A stretch of DNA of 34,473 nt from Trichoplax adhaerens (lineage: Eukaryota > Animalia > Placozoa). A program made the translations under genes and the position numbers. The stretch spans positions 855,436-889,908 of the forward strand of contig NW_002060961.1 in assembly GCF_000150275.1 (NCBI RefSeq), read 5' to 3'. Shown here piece after piece: positions 11,501-23,785 of this stretch; position 1 is the first letter of the stretch, and every line of letters begins with the position of its first letter. Under the pieces are notes generated by a model. That model was not told where the DNA came from, did not search any database, and saw only the letters and a list, made by a program, of their open reading frames with translations.

Positions 11501-14500
11501 GAGCATTGTCAAACTGAGATTTGCGAGGTAGGATTGCGACGATAGCACCATCTATGATAGATCGACATATAGAATGAATTTTTGAGCCCTATAAATTGTA
11601 TCTGATAGCTATTAATATTTACGCCAAAGTATGATACCTTGTTTAAAGAGCAGATTAGTTCTAGTGTATTAAAAAATTGCATTGGTTACCTTTTGGTCGT
11701 TTATATCAAAGTATGATGCCTGATTTAAAGGAGAGATTAGTTTTAGTGAATTTATAAATGCTATCTGAAGACTCTTGATTGTTTTTACTAAAGTATGATA
11801 CCTGATTGAACGAGTGGCTTAGTTATAGATATAGACCATCAGATAATTTTTGACTACTTATAGTAAAATATGATGTCTGAACTAAAGAGTAGATGAGGTA
11901 TAGAGCTTTTATTAGTTGCGCTTGATGACTCTCATGCTAAAGTACAATGCCTCATTTAAAGAGTAGATGAGTTGTAAGGTTTCATCAATTGCACCTGGTG
12001 ACTCTTGTACTTATACTAAAGTACGATGCCTGATTTAAAGAGTAAATTAGCTATCGTTCGCAGTCTATTACGTTTTTAAAAAATAACGACGTTAAAATTT
12101 TTATTTTAGTTACCATAAGATACAATATTGATTCAATAGCAATGAATTTACAGAGTATGAGTTATGTCACTTTACTACGTACGATTAGCTCTTATCATGA
12201 GTATCTATGAGTCTTTCAAATTGTTAAGAGTAAACAGAAAGTAGCCATTTTTGCAAACTAAATATATTTCGTATCGTAAATTACAGGATAGCTATGAGCC
12301 ATTCTATTTAACAAGTGCCTGCTTAAATTTTACGGAAATGTCTATCAAGCCATCAACAGAGTTGAAATTCACGTTATTTATTGTACAAAATCGGAAGGAG
12401 GGCACTGTAAGTATTTTGTTGGTAATAGACTACGATAAAATACCTACCAATAGGTAGTAAAGAGAATAGCTTGTTGACCTGATTCTTGTTGATAGAAAAA
12501 TGTAGGTGGCTTCGCAACATGTCAAATGCAAGAAATAATACAGGCCTTAAATCAAAAAATTGTTTTTAAAATTAAGTGAGTAGATTCGAAATTGCTGTCC
12601 ATTGATTACATAGTTTAATATTGTATTATTATCAATTTGTTAACCTTACTAGGCCTCAGGATCGGCCAGGTCTTGTGGGTACTATTAATATTGTACCTAA
12701 GGTAGTATAGAGCTGTAGAAATTAGATTTCAATTCAATACGATAGATTTCGTCAATATTCTAAAATTACATTTTTCAATACGTCAGCTACACGATGGAGG
12801 ATCAACACCAAGCCTTTCTACTGATGAGGTAACTGACATGTTATAAATATCATTCATGGCATAATTATTGGATTTAAAAAAGTAAGCAAGTTATACTATT
12901 TCAATAGGCTTCTATTGCGCCTGAAATGCCAGTAAGATTTCCAGACATTCGACCGATTCGACCTTTCAAACATGACTTTTTAACGTATGCATAAAACGTA
13001 CTCGTTATAGTACCGCTAACTAAAATGTATCGTGAATAATATAACGTGTCTCTTAACTGTAGGAAAAGCTGTGCAAATTTATGTGCAAAGAATTATAGAT
13101 TCCCTGTTGCGTAAGTTTTATTAAGGGCAAGTGTGTCATGTGTAAATTTTTTAGTATACACTTACATTTGTCCTTATATATGCTCTGTGATGCTGTTACA
13201 TATTCTAGTGATGAAGTAGGGGATGAAGTAAAATGCATGAGAGTAAAGGAAATGATGGGAGAAACAAAGATTTCTTTTTTAGTTCCACAGCAGTTACTGT
13301 AAGTTATATAACTGTCTGCTATCTATTTGCTATATTGCATTAATTTTTACCGTCCGGTCGGAGCTTGTTTTCATTATTCACTTGTTATGCTAGCAATATA
13401 TATATAGCTGCTGAAAAACTATCTATAGAAGAATTTAGCAGGCTTGGTGCAGTAAGTAGAGTTATCCTTGTGTATCTGCAGTTTTGGAAAGTCTTTTTAT
13501 CGCAATTTATTTTATAACCATCATCTCTACGTACGAGCAGATGCAATCAAATTGGGAAACCATTCGATATAAAGTTATACAGGAACATGTTGATTTATGC
13601 ACTGAATATGAAGAGAGCTTACAAGAAATTAAGAAATTTACTGGTCAGTAAGATGTCAATGTTGGAAATTCTATAGCAAACTTAAATTGATCAATAAAAC
13701 GCATTTCTTAGATCCGTACTTTAAACCGAGTAAATATAAGATGGAACAAAAGTACCAGTTTATACCCACGAACCTACATATACAAGGAATTGCTATTTTA
13801 GATCCATTTGATGACGGTTAGTTTCTTTCCCTCCTTACAATATACGCGGCATCATAGTCAATCTTTATTATTGATAACCTATAATGAGTTTCTGCTAATT
13901 AATATTTCAGAGCACCATTATAGCGTCACTACTGTTGGTGCTGCTGCGGCGCATTCAATGAAATTCAAAAACGGTGGACTTTACAAGCAATTGCGACAAC
14001 TGTCATTGAGAGATTCTACCAAGTTAGTAAAATTAAATGTATTGTTTTTCCTAAATGTGCGTATAACTATAATTGAGCATGTCAATCACGTTACAATTTA
14101 TCCATAGATCACAAACTGAAGATCATATAAATGAGGAGTACTCAGCAAGAGAATTAAAAGGTGCCAGAAATTGTCGTAGCTACAGTATTTATCATTAAAT
14201 ATGCTAATATCACTTATTTCGTATATTATTTAGCAACCACGAGGACAATATATTTTAGATTTACTGAAAATCTAAATAAATTAAAAACGTAAGTACAGTA
14301 TGTTAAATCTCAAAATTAAAATGAAACTTGTGTAATGCTTATGCTTTATACTTTCACTACAGTTTGCTTAAAAGTGCAAAATCACCGAAAGATATTGAGT
14401 CTACATGGAATAACGTAGCGGATAGCGTACGTTTGAATTGATTATTATTTATCGACTAGGCTGAATCTTATAAATAGTAGTTTTGAACATTTTACTGATC

Positions 14501-16994
14501 ATATTAACGCAAGAATTTATTTCATATGATCCATTAAAGACTCGCTATTTGATGAACATATACAACAATAAGATTGTGCAATCGCTGTTAACTGAATATA
14601 AAAATTGCCAAAAAGTACTACAGTCAACCAAAGATCTATTGAAAAATTTCGACTTTACACGTAAAGTAATTGCTCAAGATAACGGTAAGCTACTGGTAAA
14701 GTAAAATATATCATTACAAATGATTACTGAAACATTCTTGCCTAATTGCCAACATCCCTGATTTAATAGATTGGGAATGGATGGAAGCAAATTTGCAATA
14801 TTTTACTGCTATGCAGCCAAATAGCTCACAAGTTAATCATTATGGACCTGAAGATGTACTGTCATCACTATCTTCTAAAATTTATAACTTTAAACCTAAT
14901 CAACCATGTACGTACTTATAACGTTAAGTAAAAATCAACTATTTTCATTTATCTATAATTAATCTTCTTATGAAATACTGCTTTCTTGTATATTAGTAAC
15001 AGATGAAAAAGATTCAATTTTACAATTAGAGGAACAAGTAAAGGAAAGTGTTTCTCACATTATTGACGCCACTACTTTTGCTAGGATGAAGGTAATTATA
15101 TCGTAAAGTTAAAATACTAGTTGAAACGAAATTAATACTGTCCATATTGCATGAACAGAAATCGAATTATTTATACTTTATAGGACGAAAATTCCAAGAT
15201 TGAAAGTTTGAAGAATATTCGTAGACGTCGTGATATTGTGTTTTCGCAAGTTGTACGTGGTTAATGTTACTTATACGTAAGAAATAGTCGACATTATGCA
15301 TTTAAAATGTCAATTTTTTTCTTTTGTTTAACCACGGTCTAGGTCTCAGCTCTTGTTGCATCATTCTATTATAAAATCATGTACGAGAATATTTATAATC
15401 CGAAATATTTTGATCAAATAATGACGATCGGATTTTTGGCATCATTCGAAAGCCTTCTTAGCAACTATGGTTAGATGTACTCGTATATATATATACATTA
15501 TACAGTATATGCGGCTTGTATCGTAATCATTATTTTTAGGTTGAAAATGCTGAGTTTCTTCTTTGGCATGATAGGTGACGAGACTGGCATGCTTGAAGAC
15601 ATGTGGATTGGTGTCCGAGATTGTAAGAATGTTTCCTTTAAGGTAATACAATAGGCAATAATATTTGACGCAATGAATTGGTTAATTGAAAAGATTGGGA
15701 ATTATCTCATTACAATTCTTTTATTTCTAATTGCTTATTGCAGATAAACCGTGCAAAAGGTGATCAACCTTCGCCAATACCTAGCATTAGCGGTTCAAGG
15801 TAAAGCGTTACTTATTTTTTTATGATACTAATTACGAATCTGATATTTGCACAGTACTGTGTATTTGCCATTTTCAACTAAGGTATTCTCATATTACTTG
15901 TAGGACCCACTTAATTGTCAATATTGAACTAGAGGAGAAGGCCTTTTCTGAATTGCCTGAGCCTTTGCAAACGGGAAGAAAATTAATTAAAGTTGTTCCA
16001 GTTCTATTTACTGTTGGTATTAATGAGCAGGCCACAATTGCTGAAAGGTTTGATGTTCAAGCTCAAAATTTTATTCTGCAACTACCTATGGTTATAATGT
16101 AATGCCCTAATCTAGTTTATCTGTTATCATTACTAGACTTGGACAAGTCGCTTTGCAAGATGCTATCAATGATTGGAGTTTTAAACGATTCAAAGCTTAT
16201 TTTGAGCAATATAGGACAATGCATCCTAATACAAGTTCGTACATAAGTATGATAAATATGTCGAAAAAAGAGAGAAATGGTGATGGTTGCCATCAGTTTC
16301 GATGTTTTAGACAGATGCCATAGCATACGTACGCTAATATACTGTCTTTTTCTTTGATAATTCTGTAGGAACTAGCAAAAGTAGCTACTCTCCATCTTTG
16401 AGTGAATCCTTACAGAAATTGGAAGAAATTATACAAAAGAAAGCAAATAAGAACATCGGAATATTGATTCAAAGTGAAGAGGTACAAAATATCTGTCTTT
16501 ATTACCTAATGGGCTTGTTCATTATAGTGCCATTGATACTTGCTATGCGAGTTTTAACCACGTTGATTTTATTGTATATCTGCAATATAGATTTGTCGTA
16601 GACTAGATGGCGGAAGATTAACTTGTTGTAAAAGTGGTAAAGATCGTACGTCTATGTCAGTTACATTAGAACAATGTTTGTTATTGAGGAATGAACATAA
16701 TCTTGAGAAGAAATATTTTGAACGAGCATTAGAAACAATGAGAAGGTAATTCCTATGTTGTCTATTTTTAATATGCTCCTTTGATTTCATAAGTACAGTA
16801 CTACGTGCTGATGGGTAGTAAAAATATATTCGTACTACAGCGTTTTTATTTGCATTGACAGTGAGGGTCCTCGACGTGAAAATACTTGGAAAAACGCTAA
16901 TGCTCGATGTTACGCTTTTAATCGTATGCAAGTGATGGTTTTACCTAATTTGTATAAACCACCTGCAGGAACTTATGGCAGTGCGCAAACATAG
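2539..16994 (+). CDS. INPP4: Inositol polyphosphate 4-phosphatase (INPP4A/B family) with N-terminal PH domain, C2 domain and CX5R phosphatase domain; 34 exons, ~1008 aa
   Basis: Phase-consistent GT-AG exon chain: 2539-2659, 4202-4266, 10455-10542, 10669-10759, 10934-11003, 11153-11198, 11304-11333, 11409-11527, 12287-12406, 12496-12575, 12653-12701, 12787-12828, 12908-12984, 13063-13110, 13209-13298, 13394-13451, 13541-13643, 13712-13816, 13911-14022, 14108-14160, 14234-14288, 14363-14426, 14540-14684, 14770-14907, 14997-15091, 15184-15252, 15343-15469, 15575-15642, 15744-15799, 15904-16047, 16137-16234, 16369-16481, 16591-16745, 16862-16994. Family motifs recognised from memory: [98 protein letters not shown]. 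Short linker exons are less certain. Confidence 0.92.
3000..3985. repeat. ~57-60-bp minisatellite in INPP4 intron 1
   Basis: Core (t)gatgatggcgttttcatgctttcttga recurs more than 12 times; near-exact pairs at ~3250-3390 and ~3430-3600. Confidence 0.85.
5390..5800. repeat. Degenerate ~125-bp tandem repeat in INPP4 intron 2
   Basis: gacgagaa..tctcg.cttga...atgc.atcctattt...atacgcttcgatag.agcttgat...atttcat.atcgactttcc recurs. Confidence 0.7.
6535..7290. repeat. Degenerate tandem repeat (~110-130 bp) in INPP4 intron 2
   Basis: tgtttaca(a)gt..., ctacaatca(t/c)actaatga.agtt..aatattct recur 5-6 times. Confidence 0.65.
8640..9900. repeat. Highly degenerate tandem repeat in INPP4 intron 2
   Basis: tagtcttt...agaattac.(c/g)atagg.tg...tagctgg.aa.gaa...gattgaa recur. 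Confidence 0.5.
11627..12056. repeat. ~80-bp degenerate tandem repeat, 6 copies, in INPP4 intron 8
   Basis: aaagta(t/c)gat(a/g)cctgatttaaagag..gattag at ~11627, 11708, 11790, 11865, 11939 and 12018. Confidence 0.85.
16627..16650 (+). other. INPP4 catalytic CX5R motif CKSGKDRT
   Basis: tgt aaa agt ggt aaa gat cgt acg in exon 16591-16745. Confidence 0.95.
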
Positions 16995-17749
16995 TCTCTT
17001 AGATAGTATTTGTCGTATTTTTATATACCGTATCACGAAGTTTCCGAGATATTCATATAGTTACATGCAATTTTAAGGAATTGTATTAGCAAGATGACAC
17101 ACGCACAAATATCGGTGGCTGTAAAAGTTAGCTTAAGTCATATTTTACGAGTATTTAGATATTACCCTTTTGAGTTGGCTAAGGGTTGTACTGAAGCATA
17201 AAACTCACTTTTTGTATTATATAGAATATCTTGCTAAGCAACCTAGTTAGAGTAGATGTATTATTATAGAAATTTTAAGACATTGGCTTGCATACGTAGT
17301 ATCTATTCGTTCTATATCGATGTATCTGTAGATATACACATTTGTGTCTATATTTATTTTACCTTCATAGTAGTATTTAATAGGCAACTACTATGTTATT
17401 TGTATATTTTGTCACAACTTTGTCACTCAAAATATACGAGGTTTGATATAAGTATGAGAATCTTTTTAATGACGTATTTTTGCTATCTTAATAAATAACC
17501 GCGCTACTGCATAGTAACAATATTTACAATGTCTTGAATATTATTTTGCACTCTTGTAGAAGCATAGATATTATCGTATTCTTCTGTTTTCATATCACAT
17601 TTGGACTTGTTTATAAAATTATTTTGTCATTTGGATAGATACATATTTATGTCAATTTAATATTGAATAAAAAAAGGCATTTAAAAATAGATTGTCATTT
17701 TGCTTAAAATTATTACTTAATTTTATGTTAGATAACATATTAACTTGGG

Positions 17750-20700
17750 TTACCAAAATTCATCATCATCGTCGCTGTCATCATGTTGAACAATTCCGTC
17801 AAATAACTTGTTGAAGCATCGGCTACTGGGATTAGAAAAATGAATATATGGTCTATGTTTATCTAGTTTTTGTAGACAAATCCAGCAAAAGTTACCATGA
17901 CATATAACACAATGCATTTTATTACAACCATCTTTCTTTTCGATATCAGCTCTACATCTTGGGCATCGTTTGCTATTTTTTTGTAGCCAGTCTTCGCTTT
18001 GAATTTGCTCTATAACTTTGTGTAACTTTTGCTCACCATAGAGTTTGACCATTTCAAGGCGTTCTTCAGCATTACCGTTCATGTAGCGCTCGCATAATTC
18101 GCGTGCATCTTTAGGACTGAGTGTACATGGCACGACGCCATGATAGGCTCGTTGACATTTAATGCAAAATGCATATTGGCAGCCAGGACAGCGTCCTAAA
18201 AGGCTATTTTTCTCTACTAAAACGGCCGTTTGACAGGATAATCTAGGGCAGTAGACAACATCAGACATAGTCTCTAGAGCAGAGCGTAGTTGTAGTTGTT
18301 CATATCTCTCGTAATATTCATTACTAACGAGTCGTTGAATCATTAATGGTAATATTTGAGAGGAACACTCTTGACTTGGGCAGGCGATGGGATTGACTTT
18401 ACCATCATCAATCATGACCGTGATGTAATTACTGACACAATCTTTGCAATGAACATGTTGACAAGGTTGCAATTGGACACAATCGGCGCCAGATTTTTCA
18501 TCGAAACATATATTACAAGCATGATAGCCGTTGATGAAATTTCTATCGATAGTTTGTTCATTAAACGTAATAATCCTTTCCATGATCATATTTAGCGATG
18601 GTATTTCTTGTACAACACGTGGATCAACGACTCGTACTGGATCGGATAGATCTTCTTCTTGTGAGGTAGTAGCACTTTTTTTACTCTTTAAGTGTAAGCA
18701 TACTGATTGTAAAATGCCTAATTTATCGATTGCTTCATCGGTTAGAAATTGAAACCAATCGAATAGGACAACGCAGCCTGTGTTGTCCTCCCATATTTGA
18801 TCCAAATGTTCGCAAAGAAGCGAGAGCTAAAGTAGATCATAAAGAAGAAGATATAGTTTAGTGTTGCATTTCAGCAATAAGGTTAAGATACTGTAGCTCA
18901 TTTCCATTCTACCCTTACATAATGTATGTGCATATCTCACGAACTGTGATAAAGTTATACAACCATTGCGATGAGTTGAGGCTAAGATAAATGTACTGTA
19001 TAGTAGATTTGCTATGGCTTATGCCGATATTTAAATACTGTAGTGTTGGTGCTAACCGAAGAGCAGGTCTTCTGCATTAAGAGGAAGGACCGTATTGAGT
19101 TTGCTTACCGTAATTTTATTGAATCACTGTGATAAAGCTTTACGACTACTACTTATACGCTTGATTATTATTTCTTATTCAAATTACTTCTAGCTGACCA
19201 ATCGAAATTTTTCTTTCTTCTATAAGATAATCTATTAATCAATCTTAGCCATAATACAGTCTACTTAATTGCTATTGAGACTTCTTGCTTCTATAAGATT
19301 ATTCATGAACTAGTATAGTAGGCTATGAAATAACAAAGCTTAAATATAGCCTAATTTATTTAATTGATTAATTGATTGCATGGTGTAGATGTCTATAATA
19401 TACAGTCCTTGGAATACTTTAAATAGTCTGTTGTGTATACGCATATATTGGCATAATTTTGTTGAATAACTACGATAATGCTCCAAAACAAATTAATTGA
19501 TAAATCGTAATACTAGATCATAAAGTATTTTTCCATTTGACTACCCCTGTTGGTCATTCCTATTTCTCTATGTCTGATTGCATCCAGCGGAGTTTGAGGA
19601 GACAGTCATCATCTTAAGCTTAAGGCAGAGCTTTACATGGCATTCTTAATGGACTATATTAATTGGATAACTCCAACATTATTCAATCAATTAATGGATA
19701 CAGGCTTGTAATTTATGAAGCCAGCAACAAGATATTGCAATATGCAATAAATGATTACAAGCTAATATAGAATAGTCGATGTGATAATCAAGTTTAACTA
19801 TAATACAATTTAATTAATTGACTGGGGGAAGTTGGTAAGATTAGGATTAGTATATCTCATCTGTTATGTCTCTATTAGCATCATTAGCCCAACTACTTGC
19901 ACAATGATCTTAAAGTTTTCTTCAGTTTGACTGCCCTTGTTGATCATTCATACGAGTATATCCTCCGGATGTAACTGCAAGTTCGATTGCATCCAGTAGA
20001 ATGGGAAGAGGCAGTCATTACAATAATGTTAAAACAGGATATTGTATGACGCTTTAGTGCACTATATTAGTTGGATGACTCTAACATTATTCATGCAATT
20101 AATGAGTACAGACCTGCAATTAATTAAGCCAACAGCAAGATAGTGTAATATAGATGGTTGAGGGCTAGTACAATATGAAATAGTCAATGAGACAATCAAG
20201 TTGAAGTACTCGTATAATAATACAATTTGATTGATTAACTAAGGTGGAGTTGGTCAGACTAGGATTAGCCTAATTCATCTATTATGTACTCATTAGCACT
20301 ATTAGTCTAAACATTATGCTAGATCATAAAGTAATTTTCCGTTCGACTACCCTATTGATCATGATCATTGCTATTTCCCCATATCTGAGGCAACTTCAAG
20401 CTCGATTGCATCCAAATGAAGCTTGAAGAGACAGTCATGACATTCAGTTCAAGACAAGCCATTGCATAAGATCTTTCGTGTGTTCAATTGATTGGATCAC
20501 TGTAGGACTATTCAACTCACAGACACAAACCTGAAATTTATTAAGCCAGCAACAAGATATTGTAAATGTAGGTGGCCGGAGGCTAGGATAACACTTTGGC
20601 AAAGTGAATTCCAGGCAAATGGCGGGCAGGTAGCTAATGGCGTAAGTTTGCACTTGATCTTGGCTTCTTTCAACGATCACTTGAAATGACGGTGGGATAT

Positions 20701-20842
20701 TAACCATCGCATACAGTATTCCTCCTAATTGATTTGCCGTTTCATCGTGTGGCTGGAATGTATCTAAATCATAGATCGAAGTTAAGGCAGAAAGTTCATT
20801 TTCTTGCTCCACTTGATCGCAATCTTCATCACCATCCGCCAT
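17750..20842 (-). CDS. RNF14: E3 ubiquitin ligase RNF14 (ARA54): RWD + RING1-IBR-RING2; exons 20842-20531 and 18826-17750, ~462 aa
   Basis: Exon 1 MADGDEDCDQVEQENELSALTSIY...YLPAICLEFTLPKCYPSLRPPTFTISCCWLNKFQ|gt encodes an RWD domain (YPxxxP). Exon 2 ag|LSLLCEHLDQIWEDNTGCVVLFDWFQFL...CNICF...CQHVHCKDC...CP, YCPRLSC...CPGCQYAFCIKC...YHGVVPC, CPRCRADIEKKDGCNKMHC...FCWIC. The junction is phase 0. Confidence 0.93.
19514..20570. repeat. ~400-bp degenerate tandem triplication in the RNF14 intron, overlapping the exon-1 donor
   Basis: gatc.taaagt...gact.ccc...gattgcatcca...cagtcat...aagcca.ca.caagata at ~19514, ~19905 and ~20320. Confidence 0.8.
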
Positions 20843-21055
20843 GGCAACGTCCTGTGAATGCAGCAACGCTAGAGTGGTTATCCCTCTGCTCCCGTACAGT
20901 ACCAACTACTGTACACTGTACGTCACAGAAATCCATATTCATTTCCAATGACAAGTTGCAAGTCCAGTCTAGTGCTGTTGCTCTGCTCTACTGTATTGCG
21001 CACTATATAGTATTGTCTTCCGCTCTTGCCGGTAATCATGGAGACCGCATCAGCC

Positions 21056-22520
21056 ATCGCATCATCGAAAATATGGATGGATGGATACTAAAAAAGGGAA
21101 AGAAGGAACCATTGCATAAGTTTATTGAAGATATAATACCATAAAAAGACTGAGAGAGTATTCAAAAGTGGAAAGAAACTCGCTTTTAAGTGAAGAGATT
21201 CGGTCCAGTCTTAGGTATTCCATTTTTGTACTGTACTCTATCGCATCATCGAAATATGGATGGATGGATACTAAAAAAGGGAAAGAAGGAACCATTGCAT
21301 ACAGTATGTTTATTGAAGGTATAATACCATAAAAAGACTGAGAGAGTATTCAAAGTGGAAAGAAACTCGCTTTCAAGTGGAGAGATTCGGTCCAGTCTTA
21401 GGTATTCCATTTTTGTACTGTACTCTATCGCATCATCGAAATATGGATGGATGGATACTAAAAAAGGGAAAGAAGGAACTATTGCATATGTTTATTGAAG
21501 GTATAGTACGATAAAAAGACTGAGAGAGTATTCAAAAGTGGAAAGAAACTCGCTTTCAAGTGGAGAGATTCGGTCCAGTCTTAGGTATTCCATTTTTGTA
21601 CTGTACTCTATCGCATCATCGAAATATGGATGGATGGATACTAAAAAAGGGAAAGAAGGAACTATTGCATATGTTTATTGAAGGTATAGTACGATAAAAA
21701 GACTGAGAGAGTATTCAAAAGTGGAAAGAAACTCGCTTTTAAGTGGAGAGATTCGGTCCAGTCTTAGGTATTCCATTTTTGTACTGTACTCTATCGCATC
21801 ATCGAAATATGGATGGATGGATACTAAAAAAGGGAAAGAAGGAACTATTGCATATGTTTATTGAAGGTATAGTACCATAAAAAGACTGAGAGAGCTTTCA
21901 AAAGTGGAAAGAAACTCGCTTTTAAGTGGAGAGATTCGGTCCAGTCTTAGGTATTCCATTTTTATACTGTACTCTATCGCATCATCGAAGTATCGATGGA
22001 TGGATACTAAAAAAGAGAAAGAAGGAACTATTGCATAAGTTTATTGAAGGTATAATACGATAAAAAGACTGAGAGAGTATTCAAAAGTGGAAAGAAACTC
22101 GCTTTCAAGTGGAGAGATTCGGTCCAGTCTTCGGTATTCCATTTTTATACTGTACTCTATCGCATCATCGAAATATGGATGGATGGATACTAAAAAAGAG
22201 AAAGAAGGAAGTATTGCATATGTTTATTGAAGGTATAATACGATAAAAAGACTGAGAGAGTATTCAAAAGTGGAAAGAAACTCGCTTTCAAGTGGAGAGA
22301 TTCGGTCCAGTCTTAGATATTCCATTTTTATACTGTACTCTATCGCATCATCGAAATATGGATGGATGGATACTAAAAAGGGAAAGAAGGAACTATTGCA
22401 TATGTTTATTGAAGGTGTAGTACGATAAAAAGACTGAGAGAATATTCAAAAGTGGAAAGAAACTCGCTTTTAAGTGGAGAGATTCGGTCCAGTCTTAGGT
22501 ATTCCATTTTTATACGTACT
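21056..22520. repeat. 183-bp satellite array, 8 units
   Basis: Unit atcgcatcatcgaaatatggatggatggatactaaaaaaggg...gtactgtactct starts at 21056, 21240, 21427, 21610, 21793, 21976, 22159 and 22342. Confidence 0.97.
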
Positions 22521-23785
22521 CGAGTTAAATATTGTATATATATAGCGAGTCAATGAATACCCCAAGATTTAAGAATAAATATCGCTATTAGCGAACAATC
22601 TGAGTAAATGAGAAAGGTTCTATCGAAGGAGAACTGAAAAAAGGTTCGAAAGAGAAGAATCCTATCTTCAAAATGGAGTGGTGTGCTGGTTTGGCGATTC
22701 TTGAAGTACTACCATGGATTACTCGATATATAGCATACAGTATATCGAATAGTTCATGGCGCCACTTACTTATAAATAGAGTTGTTGATATCATATTATA
22801 GTATAGTCTTGCAATGTCAAGGACGATTGTAGACGTTGCTTTTTTAATATATTGCAGGCATCAAGGCCTATGATGCAGCCCCTAAATCAATAGTGAAGCA
22901 TTTTGAAGCAGACCCTACATTTCTTGATGTATCGAGAACGTAAATCGATTGAGAGCTAGAAACCATTTTACTCTGTCAATCATGAGGTGATGACCGAATA
23001 GTTCAGAGTCAAGAATATCGTCACAGGAAGCCATGATGGAGTTTATCTTGCTGCATATCAACCGTCTAGCTCATTACAATTCCATGATATCATCATTGCA
23101 TAGACAGTAAAGTTTCAATACACAGTCCATTTATTGATCACATTACCTGCCACTAGGTGGGCTATTTCCTTTTATTACTTCATTATATGCATCTTAATTT
23201 TTAAACTAGTAAAATCAGATACTTGCTATACACTAGAAATGTACCTAATTGTTATAGGTTTCTCCGTCTAGGTAGAATTGACATATACAGTACAAGTACC
23301 GTAGCAAAATTGTACAAATATGTGCCTTTAAAATGAAAGGCACAGAGTAAAATAAAAGAACAATTGCAATTTTTTCCACCATTTCTCACCTTATAGTTAC
23401 AGCAATACATTAACCTTTGCAATACCTTATTAGTTACTCGATCAACCGTTATTGTAATTCACTAACTGTATAATATTTCAAGAAAGAAAACAATAATGAA
23501 ATTTTAGGCTAAAGGGCCCAAGGTTATTGTCCTCGTACCTTTTTAAAATGGGATATTTTCATTCAGTGTTATCATCTACGCGTAACTCTTTCTCTGTTTG
23601 CATGCTTTGCTTTCTTACTAAGCAGCAAGAGCAATTATTACAATCACAGCGTTCAAAAAAATTCAATTCTATTTCAGAGCTTGCAGTAGCAAAAAAATTT
23701 TTGGGTATTATTTTAAATCTGTTGAGTAAAGAAAATCAAGAATGAAGCATTGCTAAATAATATTCATGGTGATATATATTTAAAA

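Noticed and set aside
16569-18752. ORFs 16569-16931(-), 18356-18595(+) and 18531-18752(+)
   Set aside because: Antisense shadows of INPP4 and RNF14 exons.
21056-22520. CRISPR-like or coding (61-codon) repeat array
   Set aside because: Units are contiguous with no unique spacers, there are no cas genes and the context is eukaryotic. The frames examined contain stops, and units differ by 1- and 4-nt indels.
22588-23745. Extra gene between the satellite and WDR37 (ORFs 22588-22794, 23527-23745, exon-like 22858-22939)
   Set aside because: No recognisable motifs; the second copy has frameshifting indels in two of them; 23527-23745 is antisense to the WDR37 3' UTR.
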